From Polyangiales bacterium (GTDB taxonomy: Bacteria > Myxococcota_A > Polyangia > Polyangiales > Polyangiaceae), in assembly GCA_038230375.1 (NCBI GenBank), contig JBBRNJ010000008.1, positions 64,001 through 128,000 of the forward strand: a stretch of 64,000 nt of DNA, written 5' to 3'. The translations under genes and the position numbers were made by a program. The notes under the pieces were generated by a model, which did no database searches, was not told where the DNA came from, and saw only the letters and a program-made list of their open reading frames with translations. Positions within the stretch are counted from its first letter, which is position 1. Every line of letters starts with the position of its first letter. This document shows positions 1-11,016 of this stretch, in pieces.

Positions 1-241
1 TGTCGATGCGCGCGTTCTGGCCTTCGAGCGAGATCTTCTCGACGGTGCCAACGGCGATGCCCGACATGGTGACGCGCGAGTTGGGCACGAGGCCCGTCGC
101 GTCGTCGAGGTACGCATGCACGTGGTAGCTGCCGCTGCGTCCCGTCTGCGGGCCAATGGTCCGATAGACGAGGTATCCTGCGCCCCCCATCGCCACGAGG
201 AAGACGCCCACCTTGGCTGCTTGCGTCAGCTTTTGCGCCAT
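1..241 (-). CDS. MlaD/MCE family protein, N-terminal part (runs off window)
   Basis: Manual translation MAQKLTQAAKVGVFLVAMGG...YHVHAYLDDATGLVPNSRVTMSGIAVGTVEKISL shows a TM anchor and the MCE motif GL..gS.V...G..VG.V. Confidence 0.85.
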   Translation of the reverse strand, partial: MAQKLTQAAKVGVFLVAMGGAGYLVYRTIGPQTGRSGSYHVHAYLDDATGLVPNSRVTMSGIAVGTVEKISLEGQNARID

Positions 242-291
242 CTAGAACTCACGGTACGCTAGTTCAGGACCGGCGAAGAATCACGGCGTTT

Positions 292-813
292 CTACAGCGT
301 GGTCATCTTGTCTGGGTACTTCATCTCGAAGTGCCTGATGGCGAGCTCACCGACACCCATGATGCCGGAGCCCGCGATGACCGCGCGGACCCCCCAGCCG
401 ACGACGGGAATCAGGCCCACACCCTCACGCGCAAGGGTCCTGAGCGCCACACCAGCGACATTGAGCGTGGAGGCGACGATCATCGTCTCCGCGTGTGAGA
501 GGTCCTCGCCGTACACTTTTGCCACATAGTAGATGAGGTGCGTCTCGAGCGCGGCGAGCGCGGCGCTGGTTCCCGGTGGAAGCGGGAGCGCTGAGAACGC
601 AGTGCCGAACGCGGCATACTTTCGCGTGATGGCGCGGGCCTTCACGCGGCAGAGAATCGGTGGCTTGGTGGCGAGTGCAGGGGGGCTCGGCGTGGCGGCT
701 GGCGCGGGAACGGGAACGGCCGCTGCAACAGGCGCAGGTTCCTCGGTCTTGGGCGGCTTGGGTGTCTGGTCCGAGGGGCCGGTCGGGGCATCCATCCCTC
801 TGTTGTTAGCCAC
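292..813 (-). CDS. DUF697/YcjF-like membrane protein with Pro-rich N-terminus
   Basis: ALPLP...VAKVYG...LIPVVGW..AVIAG pattern. Confidence 0.65.
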   Translation of the reverse strand: MANNRGMDAPTGPSDQTPKPPKTEEPAPVAAAVPVPAPAATPSPPALATKPPILCRVKARAITRKYAAFGTAFSALPLPPGTSAALAALETHLIYYVAKVYGEDLSHAETMIVASTLNVAGVALRTLAREGVGLIPVVGWGVRAVIAGSGIMGVGELAIRHFEMKYPDKMTTL

Positions 814-856
814 GGCGCCGCCGTTGTGAAGTGCGGCACCAATGTCATGGGGTCCG

Positions 857-2839
857 TCAGCCTCCGTCGGGCAGGTCCACGGTGTCCATGATGTTGTCGT
901 CGTCCGGGCCGCCGTCGTCGTCCTCAGCAGCCGGGCCGCCGTCCTTCGCCGTGGAGACTCCGCCGGGTGGTGGCATCGCGTCGAGCTGCTTGTCGAGGTC
1001 GGTGTGCCTCACAAGGAACGCATCGCGATCCTGGGGTGGGATGACGCGCACACCATCGAGCCGAAGGGCCTGAGGGTCGATGAAGATGTCGCCACGCTTC
1101 GCTGCGAAATGGAGATGCGGGCCTGTCACGCGGCCCGTCGCGCCGGCGTACCCGATGAGCTGCCTGGTCTCGACCTTGGCGCCCGCGTGGATGCCAGGCG
1201 CGAACTTCGACAGGTGGCAGTACGCAGTGACGATGCCAGACGCGTGCTCGATCTGGATCATGTTGCCGCACGGCCCCGAGTCGCCCGCGCTCTTCACGGT
1301 GCCCGCCGCCGCCGCGTAGATCGGCGTCCCCGTCTGCGCGGCGAAGTCGATGCCGTTGTGGGGCATCACCACGTGCAGCACCGGATGCATGCGGTGGGGA
1401 TTGAAGCGCGACGTGATGTGCGCGGACGGCACGGGCGAGCGATAGCCGCCGCGGAAGGGACGCTGCCCCTTCGCGTCGTAGAAGCCGGAGTGCTTGTCCT
1501 TTGCGCGGATGTGCTCGCCTTCTTTGGGTGGCTCGTGCGCGCGGTCGTAGTGGTAGACGCGCAGCGGGTCGCCCTGCGCGTGCTCGGTCTCGAACTCCAT
1601 CGCGGACAGCTCGCTCGTGCGCGTGCGCTCCCCCTCGATGAATTCTTCCTTCGCGATGAGCCGGATGCGCGCGCCGGCGTGGATGTCCGAGACCTCGAGG
1701 TGGCCCTCGAGGGCGTCGCTGGTCCACTGCACCATGTCATCCGCGAAGCCCGCCTCCGCGAGCGACTTCTTGTAGTCCTCCTTCACGATGAACGACGCGG
1801 TGCGCAGCCTGTGCTCCAGACGCAGCTGGATCTTCTTGCCCTTGAGGACGCCGTCCTCTTCCGTGGCCTGGAAAAGCTCCTCGGGCGTGGCCCAGAACTC
1901 GAACGCGACGACCTTGCCGGTGGCGCGGTTCTTCGCGAGCGCGAAGCTGTCCTTCGGCTGACAACGCGCGAACTCGTGCACGCCGTCGAAAGCCTTCAGC
2001 AGGCGCGCTATCTCGGGACGTGTCAGCGGAACGTGCGCCATGGCCGCGCCGAACGGCCGCTTGCCAATCTTGCCCTCGATGTACTCGAGCGCCTTGTCGT
2101 CCTTCAGCGCGCGAATGCGGTACGCAGGCGGCGGCGGCGGCCCAGCATCGACAGGCTCGGCATCCGCGCCCGCATCGAGCGCACCAGAATCCCCGAGCGT
2201 GGCAAGCGTGAGCCCCGCGTCCGCCACGGACGAATGGCTCGTCGACGCCGTCCCACGCATCCGCTCGCCGATGAAGAAGAACACGACCCCCAGAAGCGCA
2301 AGCCCCGCGACCGCCGCAACGATCCCAGCACGCCGAGTACGAAACGAAGGAGGAAGCCGGTCGAGAGGGGAGAGGGAAGGGGAAGGGGAGAGGGAAGGGG
2401 AAGGAGATGGGGAAGGGGAAGGGGAAGGGGAAGGCGCGGGGTGGAGGTGAGGGTCCGATGCAAGGTCAACGGCCTCGTCCGTGTTCTTGTCGCTGTCGTT
2501 GTCGCTGTCCTTGTCCTTGTCCTTGTCGACGTCGTTGTTCTTGTCGAGGTCGTTGTCCTTGTCGCTGTCGTTGTCGCTGTCCTTGTCCTTGTCCTTGTCG
2601 CCGTCGTTGTTCTTGTCGCCGTCGCTGTTCTTGTCGCCGTCGCTGTTCTTGTCGCCCTTCGCGTCGCCGTTCTTCACGGACTCGCCCGTCTTCTCGAGCT
2701 CGCGGCTCTTCTCTCGCTCGACGGTCGTCTCCGGCCTGCGGCTCTTCTCTGGCTCGCCGTTCTTCTCGACGTCAGCCTCCGCCTTGGGCTCCTCGCCCGG
2801 GGCGGCCGTCCCGTCCGTTTCACGCGCGCCTTCACCCAC
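857..2839 (-). CDS. M23 family metallopeptidase (MepM-like) with low-complexity N-terminus and one TM helix
   Basis: ITSRF, RMHPV, HNGIDFAA, YCHLS and TGPHLHF motifs. Confidence 0.9.
   Translation of the reverse strand: MGEGARETDGTAAPGEEPKAEADVEKNGEPEKSRRPETTVEREKSRELEKTGESVKNGDAKGDKNSDGDKNSDGDKNNDGDKDKDKDSDNDSDKDNDLDKNNDVDKDKDKDSDNDSDKNTDEAVDLASDPHLHPAPSPSPSPSPSPSPSLSPSPSLSPLDRLPPSFRTRRAGIVAAVAGLALLGVVFFFIGERMRGTASTSHSSVADAGLTLATLGDSGALDAGADAEPVDAGPPPPPAYRIRALKDDKALEYIEGKIGKRPFGAAMAHVPLTRPEIARLLKAFDGVHEFARCQPKDSFALAKNRATGKVVAFEFWATPEELFQATEEDGVLKGKKIQLRLEHRLRTASFIVKEDYKKSLAEAGFADDMVQWTSDALEGHLEVSDIHAGARIRLIAKEEFIEGERTRTSELSAMEFETEHAQGDPLRVYHYDRAHEPPKEGEHIRAKDKHSGFYDAKGQRPFRGGYRSPVPSAHITSRFNPHRMHPVLHVVMPHNGIDFAAQTGTPIYAAAAGTVKSAGDSGPCGNMIQIEHASGIVTAYCHLSKFAPGIHAGAKVETRQLIGYAGATGRVTGPHLHFAAKRGDIFIDPQALRLDGVRVIPPQDRDAFLVRHTDLDKQLDAMPPPGGVSTAKDGGPAAEDDDGGPDDDNIMDTVDLPDGG
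2364..2432. repeat. GGGAAG/GGGAGA hexamer tract encoding (SP)n in the M23 gene
   Basis: Visible tandem purine hexamers; protein SPSPSPSPSPSPSLSPSPSLSP. Confidence 0.85.
2481..2660. repeat. Tandem 6/18-bp repeats encoding an Asp/Lys/Asn tract in the M23 gene
   Basis: GTCGCCGTCGCTGTTCTT units; duplicated DKDKDKDSDNDSDK block. Confidence 0.85.
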
Positions 2840-2930
2840 GGGGAGCCGCCTTTAGCGGGAACGGGTGCGATCCGCAACCGCGCGCGATTTTCGCCCCGGG
2901 TCGAGCCGATGCATCCGGTAGAACCTTCGG

Positions 2931-4955
2931 ATGCCCCTGGGGTCGCTCCTTCGCTCGAGATCGTTCGCATTCGGAGCAGCTTTGGCCACGATCCTGGGGC
3001 TTGGGTGCGGGCCGTCCGCGTCACCACCGAAGCTGACGCCAGCACCGCCCGTTGCCGCTGTCGGAAGCGCGTCACAGAGCGCCGCAGCACCAGCACCTGC
3101 CCCAGGTTGCAATCCTGCGGCGCTGTCTCCGCTCATGCGTGACGTGACCACGGCGATCACCGCGCGCGACACAAACAAGGCTGACGATCTCCTGCTCGCA
3201 CGCCTCGTCACCGCTCCGACCGACCTCGCCGCAGAAACGGCGCTCGAAGCACTCCGTACCTTCGTCGAGGAGCTGCGCATCGCGAACATGACCCGCGCGT
3301 CCGAGGACGATCCCGTCACGCTCGACGCAAGCCGCAGCGCCACACCGCGCAAGCTCGGCGCCACCACGCCGGACATCGCGATCGAGCGAGACCTTGGTCC
3401 GGGCGGTGCGTACCTGGAGACAAGGGCCGATCGCATCGAGCCGGACGAGATGCGGCGGTTCCGCGCGCTACCACCGCAGGTGCCTGCAGAGCCGCCGCAA
3501 CAGCGCTCTCATCATCAGGCCTATGACGATCAGGACGTGTTCTCGCGCATCGACCGCGGCCACACCGTGCTCGTCGTCGGCCGTCCCGCTGCGCGATCGC
3601 GCGTGTTCCTGCTGCCGCCCGCAGATCTCGCGGCTGCTCGTCTCACCGGCGATGTGCTCGTGGTCAGCCAGACGCAAGGACGCAGTGCGGTGTCCGCATT
3701 CGACGCGAAGTCGGGTGCTGTCCTGTGGCAGGCCGAAGGCCTGGGCATCTCGGCGGTGGTCGGGGACTGGGTGATCTCGCGCGCGGAGAAGGGCGTCGAC
3801 GTTCGCGATGCCGGCTCTGGCGCCGTGGTCAAGAGCCTGCAGACCGGCGAGCCGCCGCGGGGCCTCAACGTCAGAGGTGATCGCATCTACGTCTATGGCA
3901 CGCGGCGCGATCTGGTGCTGCGTGTGACGCCGTCCGCGCCCACCACCCCGCCGGATCTCCCGCCGCATGACTCACCCGTCTTCCACGATGCAGGCGCCGC
4001 ATGTCATCTGGGCGCCGCGCTCGACGCCGTTGGCGCGCGCGATGTCCCGCGCCTCGACGCTGAGCTCGCGGCGCTCGCGAGGACCGAGAAGGATGGCGCG
4101 ATGCTCGTGCACCTCCGCCGCGCGCGAGAACGCCTCGTCGCGTGGAAGGAGCAGCGGCGCATCGATCGCATCGATCTGCTCGCCGCGGCGCCCACCGTGA
4201 TGCCCGCGCCGCCGTGGGCACGGCTCGCGCCCGTCGCCACTCCAGCGAGGGGCAAGCCCGTCCACGTGTCGCTGGCGCAGAAGAGCTCCATTCCGTACCG
4301 CACCTGGGAGCACGAGAAGCTGCCGGTCGTCGCCGCGGACGCCGCCGTGTCGATCCCGCCCGCGGGCCAGGGGAAGCTTCCGATGGGCGTGAGGACAGAC
4401 GTCCCGCCGTTCCTGGGCGTGTCGTCGCTGTCGCTCCTCGTGCCCCACGGTGACGACGCGCTCCTTCTCTATGGCCAACGGTGGCTCGCCATCGTGCGCG
4501 GCCAGCACACGGAGCGTCTTCTGGATCTGGACGCGTATCGACATCCGCCGATCGTGAGGCCCAAGAACGCGTTCCCGGGGCCGCCCACGCACGTGAGCTT
4601 CGTGGCGACCAAGGACGACGTCATCTACCTGTGCAACAACGGCGGCTACCCGTCCGAGATGGCGCGCGGGAAGACGGGCTACGTCACGGCGCTCGCCGCC
4701 AGCGATGCGCGCCTCCTCTGGCAGAGCGATGCGCTCGTGTGCGGCTCCGAGATCATCTTCTGGCGCGACTACATCGTCACGGGCTACGGCGGCGGTGGCG
4801 AGCCAGACTTCGTGCACCTCTTGCGCGCGTCCGACGGCGCGCTCGTTGCGAAGGCGCCAGTCGACACGGCACCCGCGGAGCTGTCCCTCGCCGGGGACCG
4901 CTTGACGGTGAATACCTACGAGCGCCAGATCGTCTTCGATCTTGCGGAGCGCTGA
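2931..4955 (+). CDS. Putative lipoprotein with PQQ-like beta-propeller repeats
   Basis: Lipobox-like LGLGC; blades AFDAKSGAVLW and ALAASDARLLW. Confidence 0.65.
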   Translation: MPLGSLLRSRSFAFGAALATILGLGCGPSASPPKLTPAPPVAAVGSASQSAAAPAPAPGCNPAALSPLMRDVTTAITARDTNKADDLLLARLVTAPTDLAAETALEALRTFVEELRIANMTRASEDDPVTLDASRSATPRKLGATTPDIAIERDLGPGGAYLETRADRIEPDEMRRFRALPPQVPAEPPQQRSHHQAYDDQDVFSRIDRGHTVLVVGRPAARSRVFLLPPADLAAARLTGDVLVVSQTQGRSAVSAFDAKSGAVLWQAEGLGISAVVGDWVISRAEKGVDVRDAGSGAVVKSLQTGEPPRGLNVRGDRIYVYGTRRDLVLRVTPSAPTTPPDLPPHDSPVFHDAGAACHLGAALDAVGARDVPRLDAELAALARTEKDGAMLVHLRRARERLVAWKEQRRIDRIDLLAAAPTVMPAPPWARLAPVATPARGKPVHVSLAQKSSIPYRTWEHEKLPVVAADAAVSIPPAGQGKLPMGVRTDVPPFLGVSSLSLLVPHGDDALLLYGQRWLAIVRGQHTERLLDLDAYRHPPIVRPKNAFPGPPTHVSFVATKDDVIYLCNNGGYPSEMARGKTGYVTALAASDARLLWQSDALVCGSEIIFWRDYIVTGYGGGGEPDFVHLLRASDGALVAKAPVDTAPAELSLAGDRLTVNTYERQIVFDLAER

Positions 4956-4968
4956 ATTTTCCCAGGAG

Positions 4969-6156
4969 CTACTCGCGCCGCTGATCGCGCGGGGGTGGAA
5001 CCATGTCTTCGTCGAAGACGAAGCTCTCGGCGCGTGGCCGCATCGGCGGGAGGTTTGCTGCCGCTGGAAGGACGGCCAGTGGCGCGGCCTTCGGAGGTGA
5101 TGGTGACGCCCTGTTCGCGGGTGACGGAGGCGGCTTCCGCGGTGGCAGCGGCGTTGCCTTCCTCGGAGGCGGTGGCGATGGCCTCGTGGCCTGCGTCACG
5201 GTGTCCACGTTGTTCTCCGGCACCACGCGGTCGACGCCGAGCTTGCGCGCGGACGCTGGCGGAATGAGCCCCAGCGCGCCCTTCGCCTGCTTGATCGCGA
5301 TGTGGAACGTCTCCGCGAGATCGCGCGCGGACTGGAACCGCAGCCCCGCATCCGGCGCGAGGCCGCGTCGCATCCACGCGTCCAGCGGATAGGCCGCCTC
5401 CTCCGAAAACGTTCGCGTGAGAGATGGCGGTGGGCCGCTCAGCGCGTCGATCGCGTCCATGACCGACTCGCCCACGTACGGCACCCCGCCCGTGAGGCAC
5501 TCGTAGGCGAGGACCGCGAGCGCGAACAGGTCGGCGCGCGCATCAGGCGATGCCCCGCGAAATACCTCGAGAGGCATGTACTCGGGCGTTCCGGCGATCA
5601 TGCCGACCTCGGTCGGGTGCGCCTGGACGACCTCCGCGATCCCGAAGTCCAGCACCTTCGCGAGCGTGCGACCGCGATCGTCCTTGGTGAGGAAGACATT
5701 GGCCGGCTTGATGTCCTTGTGTACGACTCCCATGGAGTGCGCTCGCGCCAGTGCACGCGCGACGTGCACGACGATCTCCTCCGTCTCGCCCAGGCCGAGC
5801 GTCTTCCGTTGGCTGCCGCGCTCGGTGCCGTCTCCGTGGATGCGCCGGTCCAGCGCCTCCCCTTCGAGCGCCTCGTACACGATGTACGGGACGTCGTTCG
5901 CGGAGAGGATGCCGTACGAGAGGACGCGGACGATGTGTGGGCTCAGCATGCGCGCACAGAGCTCGGCCTCGCGTTCGAACGCCGCCCGCCGAGCAGGGTC
6001 AGGCGAGAGCGCCGAGCGCATCACCTTCACGGCGACGTCGATCCCGAGCTTGTTGTCGCGGGCCAGCCACACCGCTCCCATCGAGCCCTCGCCGAGCGTC
6101 GACACGAGATGAAAGCGGCCTTCCAGCACCGCACCAAGGCTGAACGCGCTGCCCAT
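4969..6156 (-). CDS. Ser/Thr protein kinase with Pro-rich tail
   Basis: GEGSMG, VAVK, HKDIKPAN, DFG, GTPEY. Confidence 0.93.
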   Translation of the reverse strand: MGSAFSLGAVLEGRFHLVSTLGEGSMGAVWLARDNKLGIDVAVKVMRSALSPDPARRAAFEREAELCARMLSPHIVRVLSYGILSANDVPYIVYEALEGEALDRRIHGDGTERGSQRKTLGLGETEEIVVHVARALARAHSMGVVHKDIKPANVFLTKDDRGRTLAKVLDFGIAEVVQAHPTEVGMIAGTPEYMPLEVFRGASPDARADLFALAVLAYECLTGGVPYVGESVMDAIDALSGPPPSLTRTFSEEAAYPLDAWMRRGLAPDAGLRFQSARDLAETFHIAIKQAKGALGLIPPASARKLGVDRVVPENNVDTVTQATRPSPPPPRKATPLPPRKPPPSPANRASPSPPKAAPLAVLPAAANLPPMRPRAESFVFDEDMVPPPRDQRRE

Positions 6157-6389
6157 GATGACGAAAACGTTAGCATGAGGCCAGCGCGCTTCCCGGCGGG
6201 AAATTCAAGCACATCCGTAGCATGGCCGGCGCCGCGCCCTGGCTGGCGTCGCGAAGCCCCCTTGATTTAGGCGGAAATATACCCCCCTCGACCTGACGAC
6301 GGAAAGTGACTAGGCTGCCGCCCCGAGGCTCGCGCCTCCGGAGCGAAACACTGGCCGCGCAAAGACGCGCCAAGGCGGGAGTTTTTCGG

Positions 6390-7118
6390 GTGAACGAGCG
6401 AATCAAACAGCTACTTTTGTTGGGGCGCGAGCACTACGAGAAGCGTGAGTTCGATCAGGCCGAGCAGCTCCTCCGCGAGGTCCTGGGCGACGCAGACCGC
6501 TACGCCGACGTCCACAACATGCTCGGCGTCATCTGTCATGGCCGTGGCAACTTCGTTCAGGCCGAGCACCACTTCGAACGCGCGCTCGAGCTCAACGCGA
6601 GCTACACGGAGGCCGCGCTGAACCTGGCCGTCACCTACAACGATCGCGGCAAGTACGAGAAGGCGCGCGAGGTCTACGCGCGCATCCGTGTCAGCCAGAC
6701 TGGGCCTGATCAGGGCCTCGACCCGTTCGCGCGCGGCAAGATCGCAAACATGCATTCAGAGCTCGGTCAGGCTTATGCCGACGCAGGGCTCGCCGCGGAG
6801 GCGATCCACGAGCTCGAGAAGGCGACAGCGCTCTGCCCGCAGTTCGCAGATCTGCAGACCAAGCTCGGAACGCTCCTCCGCGAGCAGAGCGATCTAGCGG
6901 GCGCCAAGGCCCGCTACGAAGCGGCGCTCCACGCTCGCCCGAACTACGTCCCCGCGCGCATCCAGCTCGGTGTCACGCTGCTCTCGCTGGGCAACGCGCT
7001 CGGCGCGACCGAGGCGTGGCAGCAGGTACTGACCGTGGAACCGGAGAACTCGCAGGCGAAGATGTACCTGCGGATGGTCGAGCGACAGAAGTCGCAGCCA
7101 CCGCCCGGCGACCTCTGA
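6390..7118 (+). CDS. Tetratricopeptide repeat protein
   Basis: Tandem TPR helices (YADVHNMLG, FADLQTKLG, YVPARIQLG); GTG start at 6390 estimated. Confidence 0.88.
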   Translation: MNERIKQLLLLGREHYEKREFDQAEQLLREVLGDADRYADVHNMLGVICHGRGNFVQAEHHFERALELNASYTEAALNLAVTYNDRGKYEKAREVYARIRVSQTGPDQGLDPFARGKIANMHSELGQAYADAGLAAEAIHELEKATALCPQFADLQTKLGTLLREQSDLAGAKARYEAALHARPNYVPARIQLGVTLLSLGNALGATEAWQQVLTVEPENSQAKMYLRMVERQKSQPPPGDL

Positions 7119-7268
7119 TCAGACTGGGTGGTTAGGGTCGTGACGCCCACGCTCGTCCCCGCGGCGTGCAAATGGTGACGTGCGCCCGGACGTGGCCAGC
7201 CGACGCGTCGATTGCGTGATCGCGTTCGAGGCGCAAATTGCAGCGCGAACGTCGCACTTGTGCCCGTG

Positions 7269-7284
7269 AGGCACGACGCTTGCT
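7269..7284 (+). promoter_or_regulatory. Sigma-54 (-24/-12) promoter candidate
   Basis: AGGCACG-ACGC-TTGCT matches TGGCACG-N4-TTGC, 12 nt before the ATG at 7297. Confidence 0.65.
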
Positions 7285-7296
7285 GAACGGTGCAGA

Positions 7297-8634
7297 ATGC
7301 AACTCGGAAGAGCCCTCCTGGGAGCGTCGGGCGCGCTCGCGATGATCTCGTTCGTGGCATGCGGCGGAAAACAGTCGAACGGTGACGATGCCACCCTCGA
7401 CGACGCCGGCGGCTGCATCAGTGCACACTGCATTCCCGAAGGTGGTGTCGGGCCCATCGGCGACGGTGGCATTCCGACTCCGCCGCCGGTGCGCGATGGC
7501 GGCAGCAGCACGACCGACGCTGGTGTTGCGTGCTCCACGATGTGCGGCGGCGCGTGCGTGTCCGCCGAGGATCCGAATCATGGGTGCGGCACATGTAAGG
7601 CCTGCGCCAGCGTCGCCAACGGCACACCAACATGCAACACGGGCGCGTGCTCGACTGCGTGCAATCCGGGCTACTCGGCGTGCGACACCGGATGCTGCGC
7701 GTGCGGCGACACCCAGTCCGACGCCAAGAACTGCGGCTACTGCGGTCACGACTGTGGCAGCGCAGCGTGTAGCAAAGGCATCTGCGAGAACGTGGTGCTG
7801 GCAACCGCGCAGGTGGATGCGTACGCCGTGGCAGTGGACGAGACCAATGTGTACTGGATCGTGGAAGGCACCGGCGGCGATGGCGCGGTGATGAAGCTGC
7901 CGCTCAGCGGCGCGGGCGATCCGATCCCGGTGGCGCAGGGGCTCTCGTATCCGGCGGCCATCACCGTGGACGCGCAGAACGTGTACTTTGCAACGATCGA
8001 CGCCGTCATGTCCGCGCCCGTCGGCGGTGGCAGCGTCAAGACGCTCGGCAACATCATGGGCAGCCCCGCGGGCATCGCCGTGGACAAGAGCCAGGTGTAC
8101 GTGTCGCTCGCCGGGTACTCGCCCATGGACAAGGGGTCGCTCATCGCGCTCCCTCTCACAGGCGGCAGCCAGAAGATCCTTGCGGACAATCTTGACCAGC
8201 CACGCGCCGTCAGCGCGAACGCGACGTCCGTCTACTTCGCGGACGCGACCGACGTGTTCTCGGTCGCGTCCGGCAACACCCACACGTACGCGGCACAGCA
8301 GTATGCGTATGCGATCACGGCGGACAGCACGCACGTGTTCTGGACGTCTGGCCTGGACAACGGCGCGGTCTTCCAGGGACAGACCAAGGGCGGTCCTGCC
8401 ATCAAGCTCGCGCGCAACCAGTTCTATCCGAACGCGATCGCCGCGGACGGCAAGGACGTGTTCTTCACCGTGGGTCAGGGCGGCGGCGGTCACGTCATGC
8501 GGGTGCCCATCGGTGGCGGCACGCCCGTCGCGCTCGCAGCCGGTCAGGCCTATCCCACGAGCGTCGCCGTGAACTCGACCCACGTGTTCTGGGTGAACTT
8601 CGGAACGGGGACGATCAACAGCGTACCTAAGTGA
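7297..8634 (+). CDS. Lipoprotein with Cys-rich (STIG1-like) repeats and a YW-type beta-propeller
   Basis: FVAC lipobox; DPNHGCGTC and DAKNCGYCGHDC; blades IAVD..VYW/VYF. Confidence 0.8.
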   Translation: MQLGRALLGASGALAMISFVACGGKQSNGDDATLDDAGGCISAHCIPEGGVGPIGDGGIPTPPPVRDGGSSTTDAGVACSTMCGGACVSAEDPNHGCGTCKACASVANGTPTCNTGACSTACNPGYSACDTGCCACGDTQSDAKNCGYCGHDCGSAACSKGICENVVLATAQVDAYAVAVDETNVYWIVEGTGGDGAVMKLPLSGAGDPIPVAQGLSYPAAITVDAQNVYFATIDAVMSAPVGGGSVKTLGNIMGSPAGIAVDKSQVYVSLAGYSPMDKGSLIALPLTGGSQKILADNLDQPRAVSANATSVYFADATDVFSVASGNTHTYAAQQYAYAITADSTHVFWTSGLDNGAVFQGQTKGGPAIKLARNQFYPNAIAADGKDVFFTVGQGGGGHVMRVPIGGGTPVALAAGQAYPTSVAVNSTHVFWVNFGTGTINSVPK

Positions 8635-9427
8635 CGGGCCACGGCAGCGTGGCGGGATCGCCCTTCACCAGGTCTGCATCGAACACCTCCGCGAACGCAG
8701 TCGTCGCGGCAAGGCCGACCTCTTCGCGCGAGGGCAGCGGAGACACAAGAAGACGCTCGAGCGACGTCACGCCAACCTTTGTGATGCCGCACGGCACGAT
8801 GCGCGAGAATCCGGCCAGGTCCGTGGCGACGTTGAGCGCGAAGCCGTGCATCGTCACCCAACGTGAGAGGCGCACGCCGATCGCGCCGAGCTTGCCGAGC
8901 ACGGGCGCCCTCATGTGGCCCATGAGATCGTCGTCCTCGCCCTCCTTGATCAGTCCCAGCATCACGCGCGCGGCGCGCTCGTCCCAGTCGGTGGGATTTG
9001 TCTCGTCCACCCAGACGCCGATGTAGAGCGGGTCGCCTGGGATCACGCCGGCGGAGATGCCGTACTTCGCGGCGACCTTGATCATCACCTCTGCCAGATC
9101 ACGCACGTACTTCCGGACGTCGCGGCGGTCCGGCGACAGATCGAGGATGGGGTACCCCACCAGCTGACCCGGGCCGTGATACGTCACATCACCTCCGCGG
9201 CCGGTCTCGTGGAGATCCACGCCCAGCTCGGCGCGCTCGGCTTCGTCGATGAGGACGTGCCCGCTGTCGGCGCCACGCCCGAGCGTGATCACGGCGTCGT
9301 GCTCCAGGAGGAGCAGCGTGTCGCCGATCTCGCCGTCGATGCGGGCCTTCTGGAGGCGCTCTTGCAGCTCGTGGGCGCGTGCATAGCGCACCTTGCCGAG
9401 CTCGTACGTGTGGATGGTTCGTCGCAA
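8627..9427 (-). CDS. lipB: Lipoyl(octanoyl) transferase
   Basis: LLEH..VITLG, RGGDVTYHGPGQLVGYP, KLGAIG, HGFALN, IVPCG. Confidence 0.95.
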   Translation of the reverse strand: MRRTIHTYELGKVRYARAHELQERLQKARIDGEIGDTLLLLEHDAVITLGRGADSGHVLIDEAERAELGVDLHETGRGGDVTYHGPGQLVGYPILDLSPDRRDVRKYVRDLAEVMIKVAAKYGISAGVIPGDPLYIGVWVDETNPTDWDERAARVMLGLIKEGEDDDLMGHMRAPVLGKLGAIGVRLSRWVTMHGFALNVATDLAGFSRIVPCGITKVGVTSLERLLVSPLPSREEVGLAATTAFAEVFDADLVKGDPATLPWPVT

Positions 9428-9447
9428 AATCTGGTGTTGGCTGGTGC

Positions 9448-11016
<1,569 letters not shown>

